Shown here piece by piece: positions 26,272 to 39,468 of a stretch of 64,000 nucleotides of DNA. The stretch's first letter is position 1; the number at the start of each line of letters is the position of its first letter. Made by a program: the position numbers and the translations under genes. Source of the DNA: Octopus sinensis (Eukaryota); assembly GCF_006345805.1 (NCBI RefSeq), contig NC_042999.1, forward strand, positions 17,112,001-17,176,000, given 5' to 3'. The notes below the pieces were generated by a model. That model saw only the letters and a list, made by a program, of their open reading frames with translations. It did no database searches and had not been told where the DNA came from.

Positions 26272-26452
26272 GGCCAGATAACCGAAGAGATGGTGTTGTG
26301 GATTTCCATCTCGGCATCCGAAACTCAGAGTTTTATCTTGGCTATTGAATAATTGTCACATATTATTTTACAGATAAATTTCCTCTATTTACATATATTG
26401 AGGTCTCTTTCTTTCTTTTGTTATCTTACCGTTTTTACCAATATAAAAAAAA
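26270..26452 (+). mobile_element. PLE 3' fragment beginning at a hammerhead motif
   Basis: GCCAGATAA-CCGAAGA-GATG...CATCC-GAAAC-TCAGA-GTT-TTATCTTGGC (26273-26342); downstream sequence homologous to 24225-24325. Confidence 0.75.
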
Positions 26453-26527
<75 letters not shown>

Positions 26528-27198
26528 AAAAAAGTTACTGGATAGAAAATTAGAGTGCATGTCTTACATCATTCACTGGGTTCAGCCAGAGGCTAAGCCC
26601 ATGCTGGAACACCGTCTTCCGGGTTTATACTCTGGACAGGTTTTGGCAAAGTTGGACGGCGGAGCCGTCCTTCTTTGTGCCTTCAGTCACCATGTAGTTT
26701 CATGTGGTGCCTCAGACAAAAAACAAACAAACAAACTTTACAGCTTCTCTTTCAAGATGCAAACCTTTACACATTTACACATCCCTAATCTCTAAGATCC
26801 TTTGCCAGAATTTGGAAAAGATGTGGAGTCTTGAAACCCAAACTGATTCATACAGATGGAGAAGACACAATCTTTGGTATTATGCAGTGCCGTACACTTT
26901 GATGTTCGATAGAGCTTCAAATTCAAAGATGAAACTTCTATACATATATCACTGTCTATCTTTCCCACCTCCGGTCTAGGGAATAGAGCTTCAGTTTCTT
27001 TTGCCTCTCTCGCTTGGTTATCTTTTTCGAAATTCACTCTTTTTTGTGTAGAGGGACTGAATTGCCTCATGGTTCGCCAGCAGTTTAGCACTCTGTAATC
27101 TTGATACAAACATATCTGAATGGAATTAATTCCATCGCCTGCTGACGATTCTGCCAGCTCGCCGCTTTAAAAAACCTAATAATAATAATAATGATAAT

Positions 27199-27504
27199 AA
27201 ATGCCCTGATGCAGTACCAGGCAGTGGCTGTCATGGATTCTGATCTTAAAGCATTGGAAGTGTCATCATGTACATTGATTAGTCTTGGTACAAAAGATGG
27301 GCTACAGTAAATATTCTGTTCAGTACCACAGATTTGCAAGGTCATGCGCTGTTTATCTTGATATGAGATCACCATGTCGCACACATATGGTTGTGATGCA
27401 TGTGCCTAGTGTACCCTTATCAGACAGGTAGCCATGATGTTTATACTGGGTTTTGTATATTTTACCCCAGTGTCAGTTTGATGGCATGTACTGCTCTCTC
27501 ACTC
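27199..27504 (+). mobile_element. Insert between (AAT)n tracts, possible 3' UTR of a TAA-targeting Dong/R4 LINE
   Basis: Unique 300-bp segment flanked by AAT repeats on both sides. Dong elements are known to target (TAA)n; the assignment is inference. Confidence 0.45.
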
Positions 27505-27545
<41 letters not shown>

Positions 27546-27832
27546 TAATAATAATAGTGATAATAATAATGATAATAATAATAATAATGATAATAACAAT
27601 AATAATAATAATAATAATAATGGTGATGATGATGATGATGATGATGATGATAATAATAATGATAATAATAATAATCATAATAATAATAATGATGATGATA
27701 ATGATAATAATAATAATAGTAATAATAATAATAATAGTAATAATAATAATAATGATGATGATGATAATAATAAAAATAATGATAATCATAATAATAATAA
27801 TTATGATGATAATGATAATAATAATAATAATA

Positions 27833-27869
<37 letters not shown>

Positions 27870-27885
27870 TGATACTAATAATAAT

Positions 27886-27920
<35 letters not shown>

Positions 27921-28139
27921 TAATAATAAAGATAATAATAATAATAATAATAATAATTCTAATGATGATGATGATAATAATGATAATAATAATAATAATG
28001 ATAATAAATAATAATGATAATAATATAATAATGATAATAATAATAATAATAATGATAATAATAATATTAATAATGATAATAATAATGATAATAATAATAA
28101 TGATAATAAAAATAATGATATAATAATAATAATAATAAT

Positions 28140-28176
<37 letters not shown>

Positions 28177-28182
28177 TAATAC

Positions 28183-28213
<31 letters not shown>

Positions 28214-28607
28214 TATGATGATAATAATAATAATATGATGATGAATAATAATAATAATAATAATATAATAATAATAATAATGATAATATAATAATAATGA
28301 TATGATAATGATAATAATAATAATAATAGTAATAATAATACTATAATAATAATATGATAATAATAATGAATAATAATAATAATGATAATAATAATAATAA
28401 TGATAATAATAATGATAATAATAATATAATAATAATAATGATAATAATAATAATATAATAATAATGATGATGATATAATAATGATAATAATAATTATAAT
28501 AATAATATAATGATAATAATAATAATGATAATAATAATAATAATGATAATAATAATAATGATAATAATAATAAATAATAAAATAATAATAAAATAATAAT
28601 AATAATG

Positions 28608-28639
<32 letters not shown>

Positions 28640-28942
28640 AATGGTAATAATAATAATGATAATAATAATATAATAATAATAATGATAATAATAATAATAA
28701 TGATGATAATAATAATAATGATAATGATAATAATAATGATAAATAATAATAATGATAATAATAATAATGATAATAATAATAATAATGATGATAATAATAA
28801 TAATGATAATGATAATAATAATGATAATAATAATAATAATAATGATAATAATAATAATGATAATAATAATAATAATGATAATAATAAAAATAATGATAAT
28901 AATAATGATAATGATAATGATAATAATGGTAATAATATAATG

Positions 28943-29000
<58 letters not shown>
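27505..29000. repeat. About 1.5-kb (AAT)n array with GAT variants
   Basis: Read directly; source of the poly-N, poly-I and poly-Y ORFs. Confidence 0.98.
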
Positions 29001-29469
29001 TATTTAAACAAAATATATGTATGTATTCGTGGTTGTATTTTAGAAGTTCTTTTTGTCAATAAATAGTCATGCGTTGGTTGTAGCTTACTTTCTTTTCTTC
29101 TATTTGAGAATCAAACAGTTTATAATGGAAACTACTACTAAAACTAATGCATTTTTTCTCTATTTCCTGACTCATTCTGTTTAAATAAAGCAGAATGTAA
29201 TCGAACATTAGATATTAGACTTGTAATGTTTACATTTGGCTTGTGTTTACGTAGCAAAATCTAAGAGAAAAAAAACCAAAACAAATCAGACACCTCCTAA
29301 CGTAGATTCTCATCTGTCTTCGATATACGAAAGACATATATTGCACGATACTACTTCCCATAGAGAATCGAGACCACTTTGAACAAATCGTGATGCAAAT
29401 TAGATGAAATGAAATCTTTTTAAACTTCGTAAATTCTTTGTGAATGTATAATTACATCTAAGAGAAAGA

Positions 29470-29757
29470 CGTATGGCTCACAATCATGAGGTGGTGTCTT
29501 CGATTCTCCGACAGGGCTGTGTGTTGTGCTCTTGAGCAAGGCACTTTATTTCACGTTGTTCCAATTCACTCAGCTGTAGGAATGAGTTGCAAAGATCATT
29601 GGTGCGAAGCTGTATTGGCCTTTGCCTTTCTCTTTGATAACTTCGTGACATGGAGAGAGGAAATTGGTATGCATGGGCTACTACTGGTCATTCATAAACA
29701 ACCTTTCCCGGACTTGTGCCTCGGAAGGTGCAATCCCATGGTCATTCATGACCGAGA
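29470..29757 (+). mobile_element. Diverged CORE-like SINE, same family as 45457-45785
   Basis: GTGCTCTTGAGCAAGGCACTTTATTTCACG core and GTGCAATCCCATGGTCA.TCATGACCGA tail. Confidence 0.75.
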
Positions 29758-29764
29758 TGCTGGC

Positions 29765-30128
29765 CGAGATGCTTATTGGTATTTCGTCTGTCTTTATGTT
29801 CTGAGTTCAAATTCCACCGAGGTCAACTTTGCCTTTCATCCTTTCGGAGTCGATAAATTAAGTACCAGTTACGCACTGGGGTCGATGTAATCGACTTAAT
29901 ACCTATGTCTGTCCTTGTTTGTCCCCTCTGTGTTTAGCCCCTTGTGGGTAATAAAGAAATAGGTATTTCGTATGTCTTTACGTTCTGAGTTCGAATTCCA
30001 CCGAGATCAACTTTGCCTTTCATACTTTCGTGGTCGATAAATTAAGTACCAGTTGCGTGCTGGGGTCGATATAATCGACTGGCCCCCTCCCCCAAAATTT
30101 CGTGTCCTGTGCCTAAAGTAGAAAAGAA
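29765..30128 (+). mobile_element. SINE family B, internally duplicated (dimeric) form
   Basis: Central domain repeated twice, as at 38170 and 58334. Confidence 0.85.
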
Positions 30129-30632
30129 TAGTGGGTTGAATTATCAATGGATAACTCAATGGATGATATAGAATTATAATCAAACCAGCATAGTGTGATA
30201 CAGAGCTGGAAAAAAAAATTAATAATAGATAAGGATGTTTAACGCTACTATGTTGCTATGCTTCTCTGTATGATACAGAATGGAAGTATTTTCCGAAATT
30301 TCCCATAAAAGAAATCTGTGAATATAACTGTTTGTGTCTGTGGTATGTCATTTTACTACAAACCGAAGTCGTAAATTGCTTTGCCATCTAGGTACAAAAC
30401 AAGAATTAAACATACACACCTATATACATACACACATGCGCGTGCACACACATGCACACGTACAAAGATACAGCATCACTCAGGTATAGTTCCATGCGTA
30501 GGAACATGCACGTAAGCAACATTTTGTAACTGTGACAACACATAACACACACACATTCTCTTTCTATCTTTGTCAATTCCTGTGAGTATTCATATATATA
30601 TACATATGTACATGCATACGTATGTTATATAA

Positions 30633-30666
<34 letters not shown>

Positions 30667-30691
30667 GGAGAGATAGATAGATGATAGATAG

Positions 30692-30726
<35 letters not shown>

Positions 30727-30756
30727 ATATATATATATATATATACATACATATAT

Positions 30757-30887
<131 letters not shown>

Positions 30888-32280
30888 GTGTGCAAGTTCG
30901 TAGATATACAAATTAATTCATGAAAATATAATACATGAGAAATGAAAGACTTCGTAATAGTCCAAATTTCAGTTAACAAGCAGCTACCCCTACGTTTTCA
31001 AAGAATAGTCATATAAAACGATACATTCAGCTGAGCATAACTCTGTGAGCATTAAATTTCGCTATAGTATTCAAAACTTGCGTAGGACGAAATGATGCAT
31101 AAAACATGTCTTCATAGCAATATCTACAAAATATTTCTCAATAAGCAGGGTATTTTATTCACGTCCATGAATATCGAGACTGGACACTGTGCGACATATA
31201 GCTGCCCTCAGCTGTATCAGTTTATGCGTAACTGTTAGCAGCTAAGTAAATTAGTGTATTTAATATACAAATACGTCGAGTATCTGAAATATTTGCTAGG
31301 CCGCAGCTTGTACTTTAAATTTTATCTTACGCCAGCTGTGTCTATCCATTTAAACTCGAATTCACTATAAATTTGGAAATGATATTTTATTTAATATGAT
31401 ATTTTTTAAATGTCATTGCTTGTCTAAATAAATGCAAACTGTCTGCTATATACAGATTTAATGAAAACATATTACTAATGCTTCACTACACACATTTGCT
31501 GTTAAGCTTTTAGTATTATAGCTTTGCTGATGAATTATTATATAACACATAAATAAACATCATGTAGCGAGCGTACGGCAGACATATTAATTTTATTTGG
31601 TTTGCAATATATTCATTTAAATCTAAAGGGAGATATACATGTTATATTTATATATGTATGATAATTGCATGCAGTAATTCCATTCGATCGATATGTCAGT
31701 ATGGTATAGTAATTAGCAAAAGATATCTTTTTCCGTATATTTTTTGTACTTTAGCTGTCCGTTGTTTGCCTGTCTATATTGACCCTCTTAATGATGTTTG
31801 CTGTGATATCGTAGATAAAATTAGTTACAGAAATAAATATTCGAAAATCTATTTCATATATGACCAGCAAAAATACAAACCGATTGGAAACATATAACGC
31901 GAGTATTCTTGTTTCCCACGAGGAATTTTAAAAGTAATGGTTAATACGTTTTATATATCTATGATATATGTCACTGACGGTATCTCTGCAGACCCCTCAG
32001 TTCGAATTAAGAAGTATGCTAGTTTGAGTTTGCAAATTTTCATGCCTTGTGTTACACTATATATTATGAATATCTGTATTGTAGGTACACGCAGCAAAAA
32101 TATCCGAAGACTTCCTACTAAACTTTTATTACAAGAAAGAATGTGAACGAAGGAAAGAGGTAAGTTTGGTAATCAACTTTAAATATGTGACTGATGCGAG
32201 ATGGCATTGCACATTAATTTAATCTTTCAATTTTCTATCCCCACGGTTACTATTACAGGAGAATTTTACATATGATGTAT

Positions 32281-32315
<35 letters not shown>

Positions 32316-32322
32316 AATAATA

Positions 32323-32800
32323 GACGCAGGAGTGGTATGGTGGTAAGAAGCTTGCTTCCCAACCACATGGTTCCGTGTTCAGTTCCACTGCATGGCACCT
32401 TGGGTAAGTGTCTTCTACTATAGCCTCGTGCCGACCAACACCTTGTGAGTGGATTTGGTAGAGACAGAAAGTGAAAGAGGCCCTTCATACATACATACAT
32501 ACATACATCCATACATACACACTCACACACATATATATTTATACATATTTATATATATATATGTGTGTGTGTGTGTGTATGTGTGTGTATTTGTGTGTCT
32601 GTCTTTGTCCCCCAGCATCGCTTGACATCCGATGCTGGTGTGTCTACGTCGCCGTGAATTAGTGATTCAGCAAAATTGACCTATAGAATAAGTACTATAC
32701 TTACAAAGAATAGGTCCTGGGGCCGATTTGTTTGACTAAAGGCGGTGCTCCAACATAGCCGTAGTCTAATGACTGAAACAAGTAAAAGTGTAAAAGAATA
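32323..32800 (+). mobile_element. SINE family C
   Basis: Homologous to 46950-47422. Confidence 0.9.
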
Positions 32801-32817
32801 TATGTATACATATACAG

Positions 32818-32853
<36 letters not shown>

Positions 32854-33050
32854 GAATCACCTTCTTCATGAGATGTTACAATGTGAATCTAATCGTTGGC
32901 GGTTTAATGGAGAGGATCAGTCAATCAAATCTTGTATAAGGTGTCTTTCTTATCTCCGTGTTCGAAAAGTTTCACTTTTTAATCAGTAAACTATTTTATC
33001 TTTTTCCTGCTCACTCATTAGTCCAAGGTATTTATACGAGACAGTTAGCA

Positions 33051-33085
<35 letters not shown>

Positions 33086-33118
33086 CATACAATCATACAT
33101 ACATACATACATGCATAC

Positions 33119-33159
<41 letters not shown>

Positions 33160-33223
33160 CATACATAATATACTTATTGTACGTGTGTGTTTGTGTGTGT
33201 ACACATACATACATACATACATA

Positions 33224-33283
<60 letters not shown>

Positions 33284-34421
33284 CATATGTATGTATACCA
33301 TACTTTCACACATACATAAGCACATACACACACATGCACACACACGATATTGAAACACGTAGTAGATATTTACTGATTTACCAGATACTATTGCATTATT
33401 CGAGTGGAAAATCATGTGGTTTAGACCGAGAAGCTCTTTCTTATCAGCTTGGTATTAAAAAACAAACAAAAAAAAGAGTCGAGGATCAATACAGAATAAC
33501 CTCCACACAGGCTTTGATTAAATGCGATCATAGACTCTATCTCGATCCACAAAGAAAACTGCGGTTTATGTCATTAATACCAAAAAATTCTTTCGGAAAA
33601 ATGTACATAAAAACTGCTTGTTAAACAAATCATGTGATTGATAAAAACAGCTTACTGCTGGTGCTATTAGTTCATGTAATATGAAACAAGAAACGTATTT
33701 AACGATGTGTTACTATCTATTCAGATTAATGAGGTGTAAGAAACTAGTGACAACGAACAATGTAATTGCTGTTAGATGAGTGCAGTAATCTAACTATATC
33801 CAGCATCAATAGAATTAACCTTCGAGCGAATATATTACGTTTTAGTCTCATAAATCCACACATTTAACAAGAAATTATACAAAGGCTTGTAATTATTACT
33901 CAACGGGCTGTCGTTGTTCGCTAATATATAAGACATAAAATAATATCCACGAAACAAGCTTTATAAATATAATTTCCTTTACGTAATATTTGATACAATT
34001 AAAACAATTTAGACATAATGGGAAATATCTTGTTTCAAAGATAAGAATGGAGAAGATATAAGTGTGAGATACGCCCTACTGTAATTGATAACGAATGAAA
34101 TATTTAAAAAAAAAAGGAAGTGCACAATGAATTAATTTATGGGCAACAAGAGATGCTAACAATGAGACCACGAAGTAGGAAATGAATATAATTAATTAGA
34201 TTGTGCTGGTGCAACATTATGCAAATATTATGAAGTATAAGCGCAACTTGGCTGTGTGGTAAGAAGCTTGCTTCACAACCACATGATTCCAGGTTCAGTT
34301 TCACTGTGTGGCAATTTTGGCAAGTGTTTTCTACTATAGCCTCGGGTCGACCAAAGTCTTGTGAGCGGATTTGGTAGAGAGAAACTGAAAGAAGCAAGTC
34401 GTATATATATATATATATATA

Positions 34422-34670
34422 TTAAAATTATAATTTAGGGTATCTAAGAGATACCACCACACTGGAAATAGCAGCGAAAACTTGACTCTAACCCCACATT
34501 TAATGTGGTTTTAGTGTCAAGGTTTGGCTGCTATTTCCAGTGTGGTGGTATCTTTTTGATACCCTAAATTATAATTTTAAGAATTATTATTTCCTTTGAA
34601 GGCTTTTATTCCAGTGCTGGTCACTTGATAAGATCGATATTTAAATAAGGATCTTATCCTTATATAAAGT
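34422..34670 (+). mobile_element. Fold-back PLE-type 3' end in (TA)n
   Basis: Imperfect palindrome 34422-34580 (apex about 34501), tail to 34670, contains TTTGGCTGCTATTTCCAG. Confidence 0.7.
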
Positions 34671-34703
<33 letters not shown>

Positions 34704-34713
34704 TATATAGAAG

Positions 34714-34766
34714 GAGCTTCTACAGGACTAGAACTGTTTCATTCAAGAGAAATCTTCAGGAAGCTC
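34714..34766 (-). ncRNA. Type I hammerhead ribozyme motif (inverted copy)
   Basis: GAGCTTC-CTGAAGA-TTTC-TCTT-GAAT-GAAAC-AG-TTCTAGTC-CT-GTA-GAAGCTC. Confidence 0.85.
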
Positions 34767-34771
34767 AGGAT

Positions 34772-34820
34772 GCTTCCTGAAGATTTCTCTTGAATGAAAC
34801 AGTTCTAGTCCTGTAGAAGC
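34772..34820 (+). ncRNA. Type I hammerhead ribozyme motif
   Basis: GCTTC-CTGAAGA-TTTC-TCTT-GAAT-GAAAC-AG-TTCTAGTC-CT-GTA-GAAGC. Canonical core, 4-bp stem III, U.U at the base of stem II. Confidence 0.85.
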
Positions 34821-34904
34821 TCCTTCTATATAATAAATAAATTTTACTCTGCTATGTATTGAGTACCTTATTTACTGTGGTTAACCCCGAATCAACCCGG
34901 GACC

Positions 34905-34950
<46 letters not shown>

Positions 34951-35862
34951 GATATTTGTGTGTGTGACTGCGCTTGTTCCCCTTCCATCGCTTGACATCC
35001 CCGATGCTGATGTGTTTACTCGCCCCCCCCCCCGTGATCTAACGATTCGGCAAAAGACACCAATAGAATAAACACTAGGCATACAAAGAGTAAGTCCTGG
35101 GGTCGATTTGTTCGGCTAAAGGCGGTGCTGCAGCATGGCCGCAGTCAAAATGATTGAAACAAGTAAATGAATAAATGAAAATATCAAGAAACTTACTGAA
35201 ACTCTGTTAATATCCGGGTATGTAATACCCGAATATTTTACGGCTTTTTTTTTTCTCAGTGGAAGCTCAAATTGCAGAAATGACAAGGAAATGATATTAA
35301 AGCACAATACAGTTCCCTTTACAAGTGTGGTGCTTTATTTGTTGTAGTCTGCTGTTAAGTTGTCGATATACTTAAAATTGCCTTAGTAATAGTTAAGCAC
35401 TTTGGTGTGAATATAAAACCACTATTCAATGTATTTTGTGAGTTTTAGTGCTATGATACACAATTTAAGGTCGCTGAAGACTGTTGGATCTTGCTATATA
35501 GTTAAAGTCTTAACCACTTCCCTGTTTAGTGAAACACACTCTTCAGTACATTAAAATATAACAAAGTGTTGTAGCTAATACAAATTAAACAAGCAAACTA
35601 TAGTTACATATGACGATTACACAACAGACGATCAATAGATTGTAAGTGGTGTAACAATTTATAACTGATGAAACCTAATTGCTGCGAAAATGTGTAATAC
35701 TTAACTGGCTGTGAGGGGAATATTCAAAATAACTATCTGCCTATAAAATATACGAGATATTTTGAAGTGTGAAAGTTGAAGATGTATTTTTCGTGAGTAT
35801 GGAATAGTTCAATGTCCTGATTTTTACATTCCTGTTTGTTATGTCACGTTGTATATATAATA

Positions 35863-36235
35863 GGCGGCGAGCTGGCAGACACGTTAGCGCGCCGGGTGAA
35901 ATGCTACCTTCCTTCCTTCTTTCCTACCTTCCCACCTTCCTTCCTTCCTTCCTTTCTTTCTTCCTTCCTACCTTCCTTCCTCCCTTCTTTCCTTCCTACC
36001 GTCCTTCCTTCCATCCATCCTTCCTTCTTTCATTCCTTCTTTCATTCATACCTTCCTTTCGTCTGTCGTTACGTTCTGAGTTCAAATTCCGCCGAGGTCG
36101 ACTTTGCCTTTCATCCTTTCGGGGTCGATAAATAAAGTACCAGTTACGCACTGGGCTCAATGTAATCGACTTAATCCGTGTGTCTGTCCTTGTTTGTCTT
36201 CTCTGTGTTTAGCCCCTTGTGTGTAGTAAAGAAAT
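35863..36235 (+). mobile_element. SINE family B interrupted by (CCTT)n at 35907-36058
   Basis: Family B head and body are contiguous once the pyrimidine tract is removed; TSD TATATATAATA. Confidence 0.88.
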
Positions 36236-37235
36236 ATATATAATATTATCTCTTGACTAAAATACCAGGTTGGTGCATAATTACTTAGGTTTTTTTTTCA
36301 ATAAATTATGTGTTGGAGTCTTCCCATTTAAGTATTCTTTTGGACCTAATATCTTCACATTATTATTTATAGTTTTATCTACTTCGCTTTTCACCGTCAA
36401 AAGTAATTTATTTCTACAGTTAACGTGTTAAAATCTTTCTTGTCGTAAAGAAGGATATTCGTGTTCCCAAAACATGTATTGCTTCATGTTTGATCAAATA
36501 GAAGTAGTAAAATAAACAGAGAAGTCGAACTGGCAAGCATTGATGAGGAAATGTTTTAGCAACAGCTTAAAACTTCATGGATATCCTAACCTGGCTAGTA
36601 GTCAGCAATGTCATCGCTATTCAATAATAATTTATTTCCCAAATCCCAAATCCCAAATTATTTTGACCATTATGCAACTAATTTTGGTTAAGTATGTTTA
36701 TTTGCATTTATAAATAATTCAATATGTCCAGTTAAACTTGTAGAATTGTAGCTTACATATATGTCATTCTCATAAGAGGGATCAACATTGAATGTTATTG
36801 TCAATGGGTTTACCAATTATAACGTGGGATCTGAACTAAATCCGCAATACCTTTAGGGAAAAACTTCCTATCTCGCGGCAAATGTATCGCATTCTTACTT
36901 TAGTTTATTTCATAACAGTGCCAATAATTCTTGTTACTAAATAAAGCCGTCATCTGTCAGTAATAGAATGCTGGAGGGTATGTATTTTATCATTTCGTAA
37001 TCCTACCTTTCTCTCAGTTTGTAAGTGTGTAAATATTATTATATAGATTTCTGCTTTATATGAGTATAACATCGTTTATTTAATAATCAGATATATGGAA
37101 ACAACATCTAATTCGTAACGATGAAATATCTTCAAATGCACACTCGAATATTAATACACATATATGTATATACCTACATATGTATGAGTTTGAAAATAGA
37201 CGTGGAAATATACAGGCATATACAATATATATATA

Positions 37236-37299
<64 letters not shown>

Positions 37300-37311
37300 G
37301 TATATATATAT

Positions 37312-37350
37312 ATTTAAATGTGTGTGTATATCTGTGTGCGTAAACATATA

Positions 37351-37386
<36 letters not shown>

Positions 37387-37436
37387 TGTAGTATGTATGT
37401 ATGTATTTATGAATGTATGTCTGTGTGTGCGTAAGC

Positions 37437-37468
<32 letters not shown>

Positions 37469-37503
37469 TTAAATGTGTGTGTATATCTGTGTGCGTAAAC
37501 ATA

Positions 37504-37539
<36 letters not shown>

Positions 37540-37610
37540 TGTATGTATGTATGTATTTATGAATGTATGTCTGTGTGTGCGTAAGCATATATATATATAT
37601 ATATATATAA
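37312..37610. repeat. Tandem duplication of a compound microsatellite block
   Basis: ATTTAAATGTGTGTGTATATCTGTGTGCGTAAAC...GTCTGTGTGTGCGTAAGC occurs twice. Confidence 0.85.
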
Positions 37611-38169
37611 ATGTAATATATATATATGTGTATATACGTATGTATATATATATATGTAAACATATGTATGTATGTATATACCTCTTTACATTCATACACA
37701 CACACACGCATACATGTGTTGAATGTGTGTGAAATTCTATCTGCATATGTGTGCACATACGAGTATCATTACGTATACACTTCTGTATATACTTGGATAT
37801 TTATCGATTTCACCAATACTCATAATAATGCTGAAAAATAAGAATTATAAATAAAACCACAAATTGTCACTAGAGAAATATTGATGTAAATGATTAAACA
37901 AAAAGATAAATTTCTGGGGAAAAAAAAACAAAAAAAAATATCGTTTTGGGAAAAAAATGACACAAACTTGGTTCATTTCACTATTAATTAGTTGCAATTA
38001 TGCCAAATTTACTGGCAGATTCCAGTCGAATGAACATTTCGACAAAAAACTTTGTCTTCATTTGAACTTGGTAATGTTTTTGATAACGTATAAAATACTC
38101 TGCCGTTTGCAGTCAGTGAAATATTTTCGTCTCTAGTCTGTTTCTCTGGCATCTATTTTTCGCTTTTAA

Positions 38170-38565
38170 GGCGGCGAGCTGGCAGAATCGTTAGAACGTC
38201 GGCAAAATGCTTTGCAGTATTTCGCCCGTCACTATGTTCTGAGTTCAAATTGCGCCGAGGTCGACTTTGCCTTTCATCCTTTCAGGGTCGATAAAATAAG
38301 TACCAGTTACGCACTGGGGTCGATGTAATCGATTTAATACCTATGTCTGTCCTTGTTTGTCCCCTCTGTGTTTAGCCCCTTGTGGGTAATAAAGAAATGG
38401 GTATTTCGCCCGTCACTATGTTCTGAGTTCAAATTGCGCCGAGGTTGACTTTGCCTTTCATTCTTTCAGGATCGATAAAATAAGTACTAGTTGAACACTG
38501 GGGGTCGATGTAATCGACTTATCCCTGCCCCCAAAATTACTGCCCTTGTGGCAAAATTTGAAACC
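38170..38565 (+). mobile_element. SINE family B, dimeric form
   Basis: Homology to other copies; TSD ATTTTTCGCTTTT. Confidence 0.9.
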
Positions 38566-38761
38566 ATCATTTTTCGCTTTTGGTATTGCTATATTCTAGA
38601 TTCCTGAATAACACCTAAAACAAACAGTGGAGATCGTGATGTTTGGTCTCTGTAAAAAGATGGCGAGCTGACAGCATCATTAGCGCGTCCCGGGAAGAAA
38701 ATGGTTAGCAGCATTTCTTGAGTTTCTTTGTGCTCTGAGATCAAATGTCATGGAGGTTAAC

Positions 38762-39468
38762 TTTCCTCCCACCCTTCCTTCTTTCCTTCATTCCTTCTTT
38801 CTTTCGTTCTTTCCCTCCTTCCTCCTACCTACCTTCATTCCCACCTTCATCCTTCGTTCTTTCTTTCCTTTCTTCTTCCTTTCTTCCTTCCTTCCTTCCC
38901 TTCTTCCTTCCTACCTTCCTCCCTTTTTTCTTTCATTCCTTCTTTCATTCATACCTTCCTTCCTTCCTTCCTTCCTTCTTTCATTCCTACATTCCTTCCT
39001 TCCTTTTTACCTTCCTTCCTTCCTTTTTCCTTCCTTCCTTCCTTCCTTCCTTCCTTCCTTCCTCCCTTCCTTCCATCTTTTCTTCCTTCCTTCCATCTTT
39101 TCTTTCTTCCTTCCTTCCTTCCATCCTTCCTTCCTTTCTTCCTTCCTTCATTCCTTCCTTCCTTCTTCCTACCATCCTTCCTTCCTACCATCCTTCCTTC
39201 CTACCTTCCTCCCTTCTTTCATTCCTTCTTTCATTCCTACATTCCTTCCTTCTTTCCTTCCTTCCTTCCTTCTTTTCTTCCTTCCTTTCTTCCTTCCTTC
39301 CTAACTTCCTTCCTATCTTCCCCCCTTCCTTCTTTCATTCCTTCTTTCATTCATACCTTCCTTCCTTCTTTCATTCCTACATTCCTTCCTTCTTTCCTTT
39401 CTTCTTTCCTTCCTTCCTTCCTTCCTTCCTTCCTTCCTTCTTTCCTTCCTTTCTTCCTTCCTTCCTTC
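38762..39468. repeat. About 700-bp (CCTT)n polypyrimidine array inside an old family B SINE (about 38662-39560)
   Basis: Read directly; SINE head precedes and SINE body follows the array. Confidence 0.92.

Larger units (their letters stand above)
34697..34907 (+). mobile_element. Fold-back PLE-type element with mirrored hammerheads
   Basis: Perfect arms 34697-34764/34772-34839, tail 34840-34907, (TA)n flanks. Confidence 0.85.
34241..35178 (+). mobile_element. SINE family C interrupted by two fold-back elements
   Basis: 5' half 34241-34402 and 3' half 34950-35178 are separated by TA tracts holding the inserts. Confidence 0.85.

Noticed and set aside
27400-29062. Long poly-Asn, poly-Ile and poly-Tyr ORFs
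   Set aside because: Frames of the (AAT)n array.
36265-36685. Possible mariner-type MITE (GTTGGTGCATAATTA...TTATGCAACTAA)
   Set aside because: The TIR match is too short and degenerate to support.
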